Shown in pieces: positions 1 through 9,879 of a stretch of 64,000 bases of DNA. Location of the stretch: contig OZ244252.1 in assembly GCA_965217185.1 (NCBI GenBank), positions 3,648,001-3,712,000 of the forward strand. The letters run 5' to 3'. A program made the translations under genes and the position numbers. The first letter of the stretch is position 1. Each line of letters begins with the position of its first letter. The stretch is from an uncultured Candidatus Entotheonella sp. GTDB lineage: Bacteria > Tectomicrobia > Entotheonellia > Entotheonellales > Entotheonellaceae. The notes below the pieces were generated by a model. The model was not told the origin of the DNA, made no database searches, and worked only from the letters and a program-made list of their open reading frames with translations.

Positions 1-137
1 GCCTCAGCGCCAGAGCCCACGACCGCATCCGCAAAGTGGCCCGCACCATCGCCGACCTCGCCGGCGCCGATGCCATCGGCATCGAGCATCTCTCGGAAGC
101 CGTCCAGTACCGCACCCTCGACCGCCAATCGGGGTGA
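1..137 (+). CDS. comM: 3' end of YifB/ComM Mg-chelatase-like AAA+ ATPase (partial)
   Basis: Frame from nt 3 reads [41 protein letters not shown], the typical YifB/ComM C-terminus. Confidence 0.85.
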   Translation, partial: LSARAHDRIRKVARTIADLAGADAIGIEHLSEAVQYRTLDRQSG

Positions 138-266
138 CCAGCCGGCCGCCCGGATGCCCCCGCCCCGAAGAGAAACACTCACCCAGTTCTGCTATACTGT
201 CGCCCGCCGCACGCCTGAGCGGGGCGCGGCCTCTTCTCTACCTTTCCTTGAAGATTTGAGGTGTTT

Positions 267-557
267 ATGTTGGGCATTGGGTTGCCGGAGCTTATTCTGA
301 TTTTGGTCTTGGCGCTGCTGGTTTTGGGACCCCAACGTCTGCCCGAGGCTGCCCGCATGCTGGGGCGCGGCTATGCCTATCTACGGCAGGCCAGTGAGGA
401 GTTCCAGAACACCATCAAGCAGGACATCGCGGCCATGGACCGCCAGGAAGACGCGCAGCAGAACAAGGCGGTCGCTCAAGAGATTCGGGAACGCTTTGCC
501 ACCGTCCCGGAGGCGCAGACAACCATCAGTCTGACGGAGCAGCCCCAGGATGGCTGA
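267..557 (+). CDS. tatB: Twin-arginine translocase subunit TatA/TatB
   Basis: MLGIGLPELILILVLALLVLGPQRLPE motif; overlaps tatC start. Confidence 0.85.
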   Translation: MLGIGLPELILILVLALLVLGPQRLPEAARMLGRGYAYLRQASEEFQNTIKQDIAAMDRQEDAQQNKAVAQEIRERFATVPEAQTTISLTEQPQDG

Positions 558-1305
558 TACCCCCATGCCGTTGACGGCACACCTTACGGAGTTGCGGACG
601 CGGCTCTTCTGGAGTGTGGCCGCCCTTGCCGTTGGTTTTCTGGTCTGTTACGGCATCTCCGATTTCATTGTCGCGGCAGTGCAGTTCCCCTGGACGCCGA
701 TTGGCGAGGGCCTGCACGTGCCGCTGCAGATCATCGCCCCCGCCGAAGCCTTTCTCACGTACCTTAAAGTCGCCTTCTTCGCCGGGCTGTTCATCGTTTT
801 GCCCGTCATCCTGCACCAGTTGTGGAAATTCGTGGCGCCAGGACTCCTGGAGCACGAGCGTAAGTACACGATCCCCTTTCTGGTCGGTTCGACAACGCTG
901 TTCTACGCGGGCGGTGCGCTGTTCTACCTCCTTCTGCCGTTTGTGGTGACCTTCCTCCTCAGCTTCGCCAGCGACGACATCACCGCGCACCTGTCGGTCG
1001 GCTATTACGTCTCTTTCTGCCTGCGGCTGATGATCGCCTTCGGGCTTGTCTTTCAACTGCCCGTCGTGGTGGTGTTTCTCACCCAACTCGGTCTGGTCAC
1101 CTCGCGCGGCCTGATCCGGCATTTCCGTTACGCGGTGGTCTTGGCCTTTGTGCTGGCCGCGGTGTTGACCCCGCCGGACCCGATTTCGCAGAGCTTCATG
1201 GCGTTGCCGACGCTGCTGCTCTATAGCGTCAGCATCCTGGTTGCCAAGCGCATCGAGTCGCGCCGGGCGCGCGAAGCTGACGATGATGATGACGATGAGG
1301 ATTAG
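550..1305 (+). CDS. tatC: Twin-arginine translocase subunit TatC
   Basis: MPLTAHLTELRTRL, QLWKFVAPGL, FQLP, LTPPDPISQ motifs; multiple TM helices. Confidence 0.97.
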   Translation: MADTPMPLTAHLTELRTRLFWSVAALAVGFLVCYGISDFIVAAVQFPWTPIGEGLHVPLQIIAPAEAFLTYLKVAFFAGLFIVLPVILHQLWKFVAPGLLEHERKYTIPFLVGSTTLFYAGGALFYLLLPFVVTFLLSFASDDITAHLSVGYYVSFCLRLMIAFGLVFQLPVVVVFLTQLGLVTSRGLIRHFRYAVVLAFVLAAVLTPPDPISQSFMALPTLLLYSVSILVAKRIESRRAREADDDDDDED

Positions 1306-1317
1306 GGAGAGTCGATC

Positions 1318-1995
1318 ATGGTGGAATCCATGCGTGATGTAGACTTGGCAAATATGAGCAATATCTTCAAGGAGCGATTTGACAGGCTCATCGAAGGACG
1401 CTTCTTCTTCACGACTGAGGAACCTTTTGAGGACCTGCTGCGCCGCACCAAAGCTGTGCTCGAAGGACACTTTGTCCTCAGCTCGGGCTTGCACAGTTCG
1501 CACTACATCCAATGCGCCCGCACGTTGCAACATCCGAAGCATGCCGAGGCGTTGGGGGGTTGTCTGGCGGACAGATTCCAAGATTACGCGGTGGATGCGG
1601 TCATCTCGCCGGCCCTGGGCGGCCTCATCATCGGGCACGAAACAGGGCGGGCGCTCGGCGCGCGGGCGATTTTTGGCGAACGCGACAACGGCGCGATGAC
1701 CTTGCGGCGGGGGTTCGGGCTGCAACCGGGTGAACGGGTGGTAATCATCGAAGATGTCATTACGACCGGCGGTTCGGTGCGCGGTCTGATTCGTCTGGTG
1801 GAGGACCTTGAGGGGATTGTGGTGGGGGTCGGAGCCATCCTCGACCGCAGCGGCGGCCAAGTCGACCTGGGCGTGCCGCTGAACGCCTTACTCACCATGC
1901 AGGTGCCTACCTATCAACCCGAGGCGTGTCCCCTGTGCCAGCAGGGCAGTTCGCCGGTGAAGCCCGGAAGCCGACAGCAGGGAGCGGGGGGCTAG
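1318..1995 (+). CDS. pyrE: Orotate phosphoribosyltransferase
   Basis: GHFVLSSGLHS..YIQCA, VIIEDVITTGGS PRPP motif, CPLC...KPGSR tail. Confidence 0.93.
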   Translation: MVESMRDVDLANMSNIFKERFDRLIEGRFFFTTEEPFEDLLRRTKAVLEGHFVLSSGLHSSHYIQCARTLQHPKHAEALGGCLADRFQDYAVDAVISPALGGLIIGHETGRALGARAIFGERDNGAMTLRRGFGLQPGERVVIIEDVITTGGSVRGLIRLVEDLEGIVVGVGAILDRSGGQVDLGVPLNALLTMQVPTYQPEACPLCQQGSSPVKPGSRQQGAGG

Positions 1996-2144
1996 AGTCG
2001 GGGGTCTGTAGACCCAATCTTACGATTACCCGTCGCGCCACTGCGGACTTCGCGCAAGCGGCCAACCCACGAATCGCATCTTTCGACATCCGCTGCCGCG
2101 TTTCGTTCGTCCTGACGAGTTGATTGAAGGAGCCCGCGGGACAT

Positions 2145-3341
2145 ATGAGTGGAAACAACGACCCGAGGATGGTGACCAGAGTCGCTCTGCGGAACTACAA
2201 GAGCATTGCCGCCTGTGACGTACGGCCGGAGGCGCTCTCGTTTCTGGTTGGCCCCAACGGCTGTGGCAAGAGCAACTTCCTTGATGCCTTACGCTTCGTG
2301 GCCGAGGCGCTGCGCTTGTCGCTGGACCACGCGCTGCGCGACCGTGGCGGCATTCAGGAGGTGCGGAGACGTTCCGGCGGCCACCCCAACAACTTCGGAA
2401 TTCGTCTTGAGGTTAAGCTCCCCCGTGCCGAGGGCTGGTACGCATTTCGGGTTGCGGCGAAACCCGGAGGGCGATACGGAGTCCAGCAAGAGGAGTGCGT
2501 TGTCCTTGGTGAGGATGGACACGGCTCCTATAAGGTCGAAGATGGCAAAGTGATTGCCAGCACGATACCCAATCCACCAGCGTGTGCAAGTGACCGTCTC
2601 TACCTTGTCAACATGTCAGGCCTGGAGGTGTTCCGCCCGCTCTATGACGCGTTGTCTGGAATGGGCTTCTACAATCTGAATCCCGAAGCAATCCGGGATC
2701 TCCAGGCACCCGACCCTGGAGAGCTCTTGAAGCGGGACGGAAGCAACTTGGCCAGCGTCCTGTCCAACCTCAAGAGTGGCCGTAAGACGGCGGTGGAAGA
2801 GTACCTCACCGCGATAACTCCCGGCGTCACCGGTGTTGCGGCTCGGACCATGGGCACCAAGTTGACCCTCGATTTCCGCCAAGAGGTGCGCGGCGCAAAG
2901 CACCCGTGGCGGTTCCCGGCGAGCAACATGTCCGACGGCACACTGCGCGCACTTGGCGTCCTCGTTGCGTTGTTTCAAGGCGATGGCGAATCGGTCGAAC
3001 GGCGCCACTTGGTCGGCATCGAAGAGCCGGAGAGCGCTCTTCATCCCGCCGCTGCCGGCGTCCTCATCGACAGCCTGACCGACGCCAGTCAATGGACGCA
3101 GGTCATCGTTACGAGCCACAGTGCGGACCTGCTTGACAATGACGTCATACCCGACAGCTCAATCCTCGCCGTACTGTCTGAACACGCCGAGACCCGGATA
3201 GGACCCCTCGACGAGGCCGGTTGTTCGGCGCTCCGCGATCATCTCTTTACCGCCGGTGAACTGCTGAGGATGGATCAATTGCGCCCCGACCCGGACCGGT
3301 CAGCCCCCCACCAGCTTGATCTGTTTGAGAGCACGCACTGA
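2145..3341 (+). CDS. ABC-type (AAA_15/AAA_21) ATPase
   Basis: NYKSI, Walker A GPNGCGKS, signature MSDGTLR, Walker B GIEEPE, TSHS H-loop; start uncertain (2124/2145/2169). Confidence 0.9.
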   Translation: MSGNNDPRMVTRVALRNYKSIAACDVRPEALSFLVGPNGCGKSNFLDALRFVAEALRLSLDHALRDRGGIQEVRRRSGGHPNNFGIRLEVKLPRAEGWYAFRVAAKPGGRYGVQQEECVVLGEDGHGSYKVEDGKVIASTIPNPPACASDRLYLVNMSGLEVFRPLYDALSGMGFYNLNPEAIRDLQAPDPGELLKRDGSNLASVLSNLKSGRKTAVEEYLTAITPGVTGVAARTMGTKLTLDFRQEVRGAKHPWRFPASNMSDGTLRALGVLVALFQGDGESVERRHLVGIEEPESALHPAAAGVLIDSLTDASQWTQVIVTSHSADLLDNDVIPDSSILAVLSEHAETRIGPLDEAGCSALRDHLFTAGELLRMDQLRPDPDRSAPHQLDLFESTH

Positions 3342-3344
3342 CGA

Positions 3345-3977
3345 ATGTCGACCATCATCACAATCGTGGAAGGACAGGGCGAAGTGTCCGCAGTGCCGAT
3401 CCTCATCCGCACAATCGTGGAAGGACAGGGCGAAGTGTCCGCAGTGCCGATCCTCATCCGCCGCATTGCCGCCGCCGTACCCTCCGTCGTACCGCAAGTG
3501 CCGAAGCCGATTCGAGTAAAGCGTAATCGCTTTCTCAAGGAGAATGAACTGGAACGGTACGTCGACTTGGCTGCCCGACAAGCCGGATCCGATGGTCGCA
3601 TCCTGATCATCCTCGATGCCGACGACGATTGTCCCCCGGAACGTGCGTCGGAGATTCTCCAGAGAGCCACGGCAGCGCGCAGTGATTGCCGTATTCGGGT
3701 TGTGCTGGCGCGGCGCGAGTACGAGGCTTGGTTCCTCGCGGCTGCCGACTCTATCGCTGGACACCGCGAGCTTCGTAGTGATATGACCGCGCCTACCGAG
3801 CCGGAGTCGATCCGAGACGCGAAAGGATGGCTGACCTCACACATGCCGCCGGGCCGAGTGTACAAAGAAACTCGTGACCAGCCGGCACTTACCACGATGT
3901 TCAATCTCGATCAGGCGAGACGCGGAGCGCGGTCATTCGACAAGATGTGGCGCACGGTGATGGATTTGATGCAGTAA
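3345..3977 (+). CDS. DUF4276-like TOPRIM-fold protein, partner of upstream ATPase
   Basis: IVEGQGE, ILDADDDCP (DxD), EYEAWFLA motifs; starts 3 nt after ATPase stop. Confidence 0.8.
   Translation: MSTIITIVEGQGEVSAVPILIRTIVEGQGEVSAVPILIRRIAAAVPSVVPQVPKPIRVKRNRFLKENELERYVDLAARQAGSDGRILIILDADDDCPPERASEILQRATAARSDCRIRVVLARREYEAWFLAAADSIAGHRELRSDMTAPTEPESIRDAKGWLTSHMPPGRVYKETRDQPALTTMFNLDQARRGARSFDKMWRTVMDLMQ
3360..3461 (+). repeat. Perfect 51-bp tandem duplication (17 aa) inside the DUF4276 gene
   Basis: ACAATCGTGG...CCTCATCCGC at 3360-3410 and 3411-3461. Confidence 0.97.
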
Positions 3978-4023
3978 TTTGTGGCGGCTTGAGAATATCG
4001 GGCGTCACAGGGTCAACAATCCC

Positions 4024-5133
4024 ATGGATTCAGCCCCAAATACCCACGTCGAATTCGAGCGCGTATGCAAGAGCTACGACGGACGAGTCCAAGTCGTGCG
4101 TGATCTGGACCTGACCGTGCGAGACGGGGAGTTTCTGACCCTGCTCGGTGCCTCCGGCTCGGGCAAGACGACCTGCCTGATGATGCTGGCCGGCTTTGAG
4201 GCGCCCACCTCGGGCACCATTCGCATCCGCGGCCGCTCGGTGCATGACCTGCCGCCGCGCAAGCGGGGGATCGGCGTGGTCTTTCAGAACTACGCGCTGT
4301 TTCCGCACATGACGGTTGGCGGTAATTTGGCGTTCCCGCTTGAAGTGCGCGGGCTCGACCCGGTACAGCGTCGGGAGCGTGTCCGGCAGGCGCTGCAGCT
4401 CGTGCGCCTGGAGGGATTTGAGGACCGCCGACCCAACGAGTTGTCCGGCGGCCAGCAGCAGCGCGTGGCCATTGCCCGGGCACTGGTGTTCGAGCCCAGT
4501 CTGGTATTGATGGATGAACCGCTCGGGGCTCTTGACCGCCGGTTGCGGGAAGAAATGCAGTATGAGATTCGGCGTATTCAGCGCAGTCTGGGAATCACGG
4601 TCGTCTACGTCACCCACGACCAGCAGGAGGCGATGGTGCTGTCGGACCGGGTCGCCGTCTTTCGCCGCGGCCGCGTTGAGCAGATCGCCCTGCCCGAAAC
4701 GCTGTACGAAGAGCCGGAGCGCCCGTTCGTTGCCAGCTTCATCGGCGAAAATAATCTACTGCGCGGACGGGTTCTCAGCGTTGAGCACGATATTTCGAGG
4801 GTGGAGGCCGGCGGCCAGATCGTCCAGGCCTTCCAGGTGACGCCGTGCCAACCGGGCGACGACGTCGTCCTCGCCATTCGTCCAGAGCGGGTCAGCCTCG
4901 CGCCCGAGCCGGCGTTGTACAGCAACTGGTTTGAAGCCGGTATCGAGGACATTGTGTTCCTGGGCGACCACCTGCGCCTGCGGGTGTCGGTGTGCGGCAG
5001 CACGGACTTCATCATCAAGATTCCCAATATCGTCGGTCACGGCGCCGTGCTGGAGGGCGACCGCGTCCAGATCGGCTGGACGGAGACCGATTGCCGGGCC
5101 TTGGCGCCAGACGAAGAGGAGCTTACGTCATGA
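4024..5133 (+). CDS. potA: Polyamine-type ABC transporter ATP-binding protein
   Basis: GASGSGKT, VFQNYALFPHMTV, LSGGQQQRVA, MDEPLGALD, TOBE-like C-terminus. Confidence 0.9.
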   Translation: MDSAPNTHVEFERVCKSYDGRVQVVRDLDLTVRDGEFLTLLGASGSGKTTCLMMLAGFEAPTSGTIRIRGRSVHDLPPRKRGIGVVFQNYALFPHMTVGGNLAFPLEVRGLDPVQRRERVRQALQLVRLEGFEDRRPNELSGGQQQRVAIARALVFEPSLVLMDEPLGALDRRLREEMQYEIRRIQRSLGITVVYVTHDQQEAMVLSDRVAVFRRGRVEQIALPETLYEEPERPFVASFIGENNLLRGRVLSVEHDISRVEAGGQIVQAFQVTPCQPGDDVVLAIRPERVSLAPEPALYSNWFEAGIEDIVFLGDHLRLRVSVCGSTDFIIKIPNIVGHGAVLEGDRVQIGWTETDCRALAPDEEELTS

Positions 5134-6245
5134 CATCCCCCTTGCATCGCACCCGAATCCGCCCGGCAGTTTATGCCGCGGCCCTCGTTTTGCTGACCGG
5201 CCTGAGTTGGAGCCATCCGGTTGCCAGCGACGAATCGCTCACCGTGGTCTCTTGAGGAGGCTCGTACGCCCGTGCCTGCCAGAAGGCGCAGCACGAGCCC
5301 TTCACCGCCGAGACGGGCATCGACATTCGCCTGGAATCCTACAACGGCGGCTTGGCGCAAATCCGTGCCCAAGTGGAGAGCGGCAGGGTGTTCTGGGATC
5401 TTGTCGATCTGGAGATGGCCGACGCGGCGCGGGGCTGTGACGAGGGGCTGCTCGAACCTGTCTCCAGCGACGACCTGCTACCGGCGCCGGACGGCATCCC
5501 AGCGGTGGACGACTTCTTCCCCGGCATGCTGACCGAATGCGGCGTCGGCATGCTGTTCTACTCCACCGTGTATGCCTATAACTCCGCTCACCTTGCCGGC
5601 CCCGAACCGACGACGGTCGACGACTTTTTCGACCTGGAGAAATTCCCCGGCCGCCGCGGTATGCGCCGCAGTCCATTGGTCAATCTGGAGTTTGCCCTGA
5701 TGGCCGACGGCGTGCCCCTAGATCAGGTGTATGCGACGCTGGACACCCCGGAGGGCGTGGAGCGGGCATTCCGCAAGCTCGACACGATCAAGGACCACAT
5801 CGTCTGGTGGGAAGCCGGGGCACAGCCGCCCCAAATACTGGCTGACGGCGAGGTGGTGATGAGCACGGCCTATAACGGCCGCATCTTCAACGCGCAGATC
5901 CTGGAAAACCAGCCTTTTGTGATTGTCTGGGACGGACAGGTGCTGGACCGCGGCGTCCTCGGCATTGTCGCCGGTACGCCGAGACTGGAATTGGCCCGTA
6001 AGTTCCTCGCTTTCGCAACGCGGGCCGAGTCCCTGGCCGCGATCGGGCGCTATATCGCCTACAGTCCCGCCCGCAAGTCGGGAACGGCCCTGATCGGCAC
6101 CCATCTCGAGACCGGGGTGGACATGAGGCCGCACATGCCAAATAGCCCCGAAAACGTCGCTCGCGCCCTGCTCCACGACTGGCAATGGTGGCGAGACCGC
6201 GGCGACGAGATGAACGAGCGCTTCAGCGCATGGCTGGCCCGCTGA
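5130..6245 (+). pseudogene. Polyamine-type ABC substrate-binding protein with in-frame TGA at 5253-5255
   Basis: Signal peptide, then TVVS*GGSY (family has SWGG); frame continues into 5352..6245 ORF (WDLVD, WWEAGAQPPQ, AYNGRI). Confidence 0.85.
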
Positions 6246-7394
6246 TCGGTCCACGGCTTCGCGCCGTGGCCCTGGTTCTCCCCCTGGTCGCCTTTATCGG
6301 GCTGACCTTCGTTGCCCCGCTGGCGACCATGTTGTCGCGCAGCGTGTACGACCCGGTAGTCGCCGACGCGTTGCCCGAGACCCTGGGCCTGCTGCGGGAC
6401 TGGGACGGCGCGCAAACGCCGCCCGAGCCGGTGTTCGAGGCGGTTGCACGCGAACTGCGCAAGGCGCGTGAAGAGCGCACCCTGGGACGGATCGCGGCGC
6501 GTGTCAATCGTGTGCGCGGCGGGCTGCGGACCGTCATCACCCGCACGGCGCGGCGCCTGCGTGAAGCGGAAAGCCCCTCGTGGCGCGACACGTTGGTCGG
6601 CGTTCACGATGCGTGGGACGAGGTGCAAACTTGGCACGCGATTCGCCAAGCCGGCCGGCGTTTCACGGATCGCCATTATCTGCACGCCCTGGACCTGGAA
6701 CGCCAGATCGACGGCCGCATTGCCCCGCGCCCGGCCGAGTTTCGCGTCTATCTACCCCTCCTGTGGCGCACCCTGGTCGTGAGCCTGAGCCTGACCGTAC
6801 TGTGCCTGCTCCTCGGCTATCCGGTCGCCTATCTGATTGCCCATTCCCCGCCACGCCGGGCGAACCTCCTGCTTCTGCTGGTGCGAACGACCGCCTGGAT
6901 CGTGCTGCTCCAAACGCAGGGGGTGGTCAACAGCGCGCTGGTGGCGCTGAACCTGATCGCCGACGACAGCCGCCTCGCCATGATTTACAACATGACCGGC
7001 CATGGTCGCCATGACCCACGTCCTGTTGCCCTTCATGGTGCTGCCGCTGTACGCGGTCATGCGCACCATCCCGCGGCTGCACATGAGCGCTGCGGCGTCG
7101 CTGGGCGCCAGCACGGCCCAGGCGTTTTGGCGGGTCTACTGGCCGCAGAGCCTGCCGGGCGTCGGCGTCGGCTCGTTGCTGGTCTTCATCCTGGCCATCG
7201 GCTACTACATCACGCCCGCGCTGGTCGACGGCCGCAGCGGTCAGCTCATTTCCAACATGATCGCCTACCACATGCAGAGTTCCCTGAACTGGGGGCTCGC
7301 GGCGGCGCTCGGCGGTCTCCTCCTGGCCTTCGTGCTGGTGCTGTATCTGGTGTACAACCGGCTGGTGGGAATCGAACGGATGAGGCTGGGCTGA
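6230..7394 (+). pseudogene. Polyamine ABC permease (PotB-like), frameshifted near 7000 with an internal deletion
   Basis: N-part reads LLGYPVAY..LLVRTTAW (PFWTS segment missing); C-part in another frame reads [23 protein letters not shown]. Confidence 0.85.
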
Positions 7395-7395
7395 G

Positions 7396-8220
7396 ATGAC
7401 GCCGAGAGGATCCTGGGAGCGCGCCGGGCGGGCCGCTTATCTGGCGTTCTGCGCCGCGGTGTTCGTGTTTCTGATTGCGCCGATCGTGGTGATCGTGCCG
7501 CTCAGCTTCAACGTCCAGCCCTACTTCACCTTTACCGAGGGGATGCTGCGCCTGGACCCTTCCGCCTACTCGCTGCGCTGGTACCGGACCGTCGTGGGCG
7601 ACCCGGAGTGGGTCCGAGCCCTGTTCAACAGCCTGTTCATCGGCCTGTCCGCCACCGCCTTGGCAACCGCGCTTGGCACGCTGGCGGCCCTGGGCCTGAC
7701 GCATCCCGCGCTGCCGGGCCGCTCGGCGATCATGGGTCTGCTGATCTCGCCGATGATCACCCCGGTGATCATCTCGGCGGCAGGCATGTTCTTCTTCTAC
7801 TCGAACCTGGGCCTGACCCAGACCCACCTGGGGCTCATCCTGGCGCACGCCACGCTGGGCACGCCGTTCGTCGTCATCACGGTGACGGCCACCCTGTCCG
7901 GCTTTGACACCAATCTGTATCGCGCGGCGGCCAGCCTCGGGGCCGGGCCGCTGCGGACGTTCCGGCGCGTCGTGCTGCCGCTGATCGCCCCGGGGGTGAT
8001 TTCCGGCGCCCTCTTCGCCTTCGCCACCTCGTTCGACGAAGTGGTGACGGTGCTGTTCATGGGCGGCCTGGAACAACGCACCGTGCCGCGCCAGATGTGG
8101 ACCGGCATCCGCGAGCAGATCAGCCCGGCGATTCTGGCCGTGGCGACCCTGCTGATCGTTTTCTCCCTATTGTTCATGCTGAGTGTGGAATGGCTGCGTC
8201 GGCGGGCGAGGGCTGATTAG
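7396..8220 (+). CDS. potC: Polyamine ABC permease (PotC-like)
   Basis: PLSFN, YSLRWY, AAASLGA EAA loop, SFDEVV. Confidence 0.88.
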   Translation: MTPRGSWERAGRAAYLAFCAAVFVFLIAPIVVIVPLSFNVQPYFTFTEGMLRLDPSAYSLRWYRTVVGDPEWVRALFNSLFIGLSATALATALGTLAALGLTHPALPGRSAIMGLLISPMITPVIISAAGMFFFYSNLGLTQTHLGLILAHATLGTPFVVITVTATLSGFDTNLYRAAASLGAGPLRTFRRVVLPLIAPGVISGALFAFATSFDEVVTVLFMGGLEQRTVPRQMWTGIREQISPAILAVATLLIVFSLLFMLSVEWLRRRARAD

Positions 8221-8349
8221 GGGGCTGTAAAACGCGGTTTTTCAGTTCATGCAGATTGTGATTCACCCTACACTTTGGAGGTGTGGGGGTGGCGGTCAAC
8301 CATTTCTGATTTTCTGAAGCGCAGTTTGCTGGTGAAACCAGAGAGCCCA

Positions 8350-9836
8350 GAGCCACTTGCAAAACCCTAACGGAACGTCGAGAGCGAAGTTTTCGGATTT
8401 GATATTTGGGGATGTTTCGGCATCGGATACGTCGTCAGGGCATCTGCAGCACTTCTCAGCGGCCACAATCCAGCGACAATGAGGTTTCCTTGACGGTGTA
8501 TGAGCAAACCTGTCCGGTGTGGCCCTGCCGAGACAGGACGCCTGCAAGAGGTGAGGGGTGGAAGCAAGTCGGTTTCAGTTCAACAGGCGCATCAACTGCG
8601 ACACCGCCAGCGCCACAATGCCGAACATCAGGTGGCACAGCACCTTGGCGTGACCTCGCACGCGGACTTGGCGACCGCCGAACTCGTCCTTGAGACGACC
8701 CTTGACACGCTCGACGGTGGTGCGCTCACGGTAGCGTAACTGCTCGGCGTAGACGTGGCCGACGCTGCGCTGCGCCCGCGCCGCGGTCTTGCGTTCCAGC
8801 TTGCGCGAAGCACTGCGGGGATTGGCGTCGATGATTGCAACATGCCCCAGCGACTCACGGTGCGCTCTGATCTCGGGCGCGTCACAAGCCGAGTCCATCA
8901 GGTCATGGAGGTTGGTGACTCGTGCGGCCGTCAGGGTCGCCAGGGGAATCGCCACTTGGCTGTCATGCAACGAGGCCGAGGTCAGGATGCAACTGAGTGG
9001 AACGCCGCCATCGGCTGCGTCGACATGCAACTTGTAGCCGCTCCATGATTCCTGATGTCCCTTGGCGTCCCGCTTGACGCCAACATCACAGGTGCGTGGC
9101 AGGTCGGCGAGCCTCTCCGGCAGGATCATGTTGGACTGGCGCGCCAGCCTTCGGGGCGCCTTGTCCAGTCGTTGTTCAGCCTTGCGCGGTCGTCCGCGGC
9201 GGCGTTTCGGCGTAGCCGCTTGGTGCGGCTTCGGGGCTGGCTTCTCGCGCCCCAAGATCGCCGTCGAATCGCGTCAGACGTGGCCGACCAGATGATCGCG
9301 CAAGGTCTTGTCGATCAGCGCCTCGTGCAGGCGGCTTGGCAAGGCGCTGTCAGCGAAGTCGCTGAAGGCCCGCGACAAGGTCGCCTCGCTGGGGACCGCC
9401 GCGCCCTGGCTCCAGCCGCACAGGCGACGCCGCGGCCGGTCGATGACAAGGCGCTCAACGAGCGCGCGGGTGGTCGAGATGGCGAACACCGCCTTGGCGC
9501 TGAAGGCTCGTGCCAGCGCCGCACGATCCGCCTGCGGGCGCCCCGGCAAGCCACGCCAGCACGTCAGGAATGGCTCAACCGGCACGAACCCGAGCACCGT
9601 GACGAATAACTCGTAGCGCTCGCCCAAGGGACCGAGTTCTTCTTCGAGCGTGGGGAAAAGCTCTCGTTGCAAGGCGAAGCCGTAATTCGATAGGATCGTA
9701 CGCAGGGACATGGCCGTTTTCTCCTTCACGTGGTGGTCGCACAATACATGACATGAAGCAAAGACAGCCTGTCCCGTTTAAGTCAACCTCTTACCCTCAA
9801 TAATTCCCGACGACTCCACAGTTTTGCAAAAGGCTC
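8350..9836 (-). mobile_element. 1487-bp IS (IS5/IS1182-like DDE transposase), copy 1
   Basis: 16-bp imperfect IRs GAGCC(TT/AC)TTGCAAAAC; reverse complement of 15138-16624. Confidence 0.95.
8575..9711 (-). pseudogene. DDE transposase with in-frame TGA (GHV*RDSTAI)
   Basis: ORFs 9274..9744 and 8575..9255 are in one frame; DSTAI, WSGYKLH, LMDS, ERV motifs. Confidence 0.9.
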
Positions 9837-9879
9837 CCCTTTTTTCCAACCTGGGCAAAACCTCAGCAGGTGAGTATCC

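Noticed and set aside
2007..2070. Degenerate GTAG REP after pyrE
   Set aside because: Palindrome too eroded to support.
5253..5255. TGA in the SBP as selenocysteine or an alternative genetic code
   Set aside because: The position is a family Trp, not Cys; TGA is a normal stop in many genes here; the neighbouring gene is also broken.
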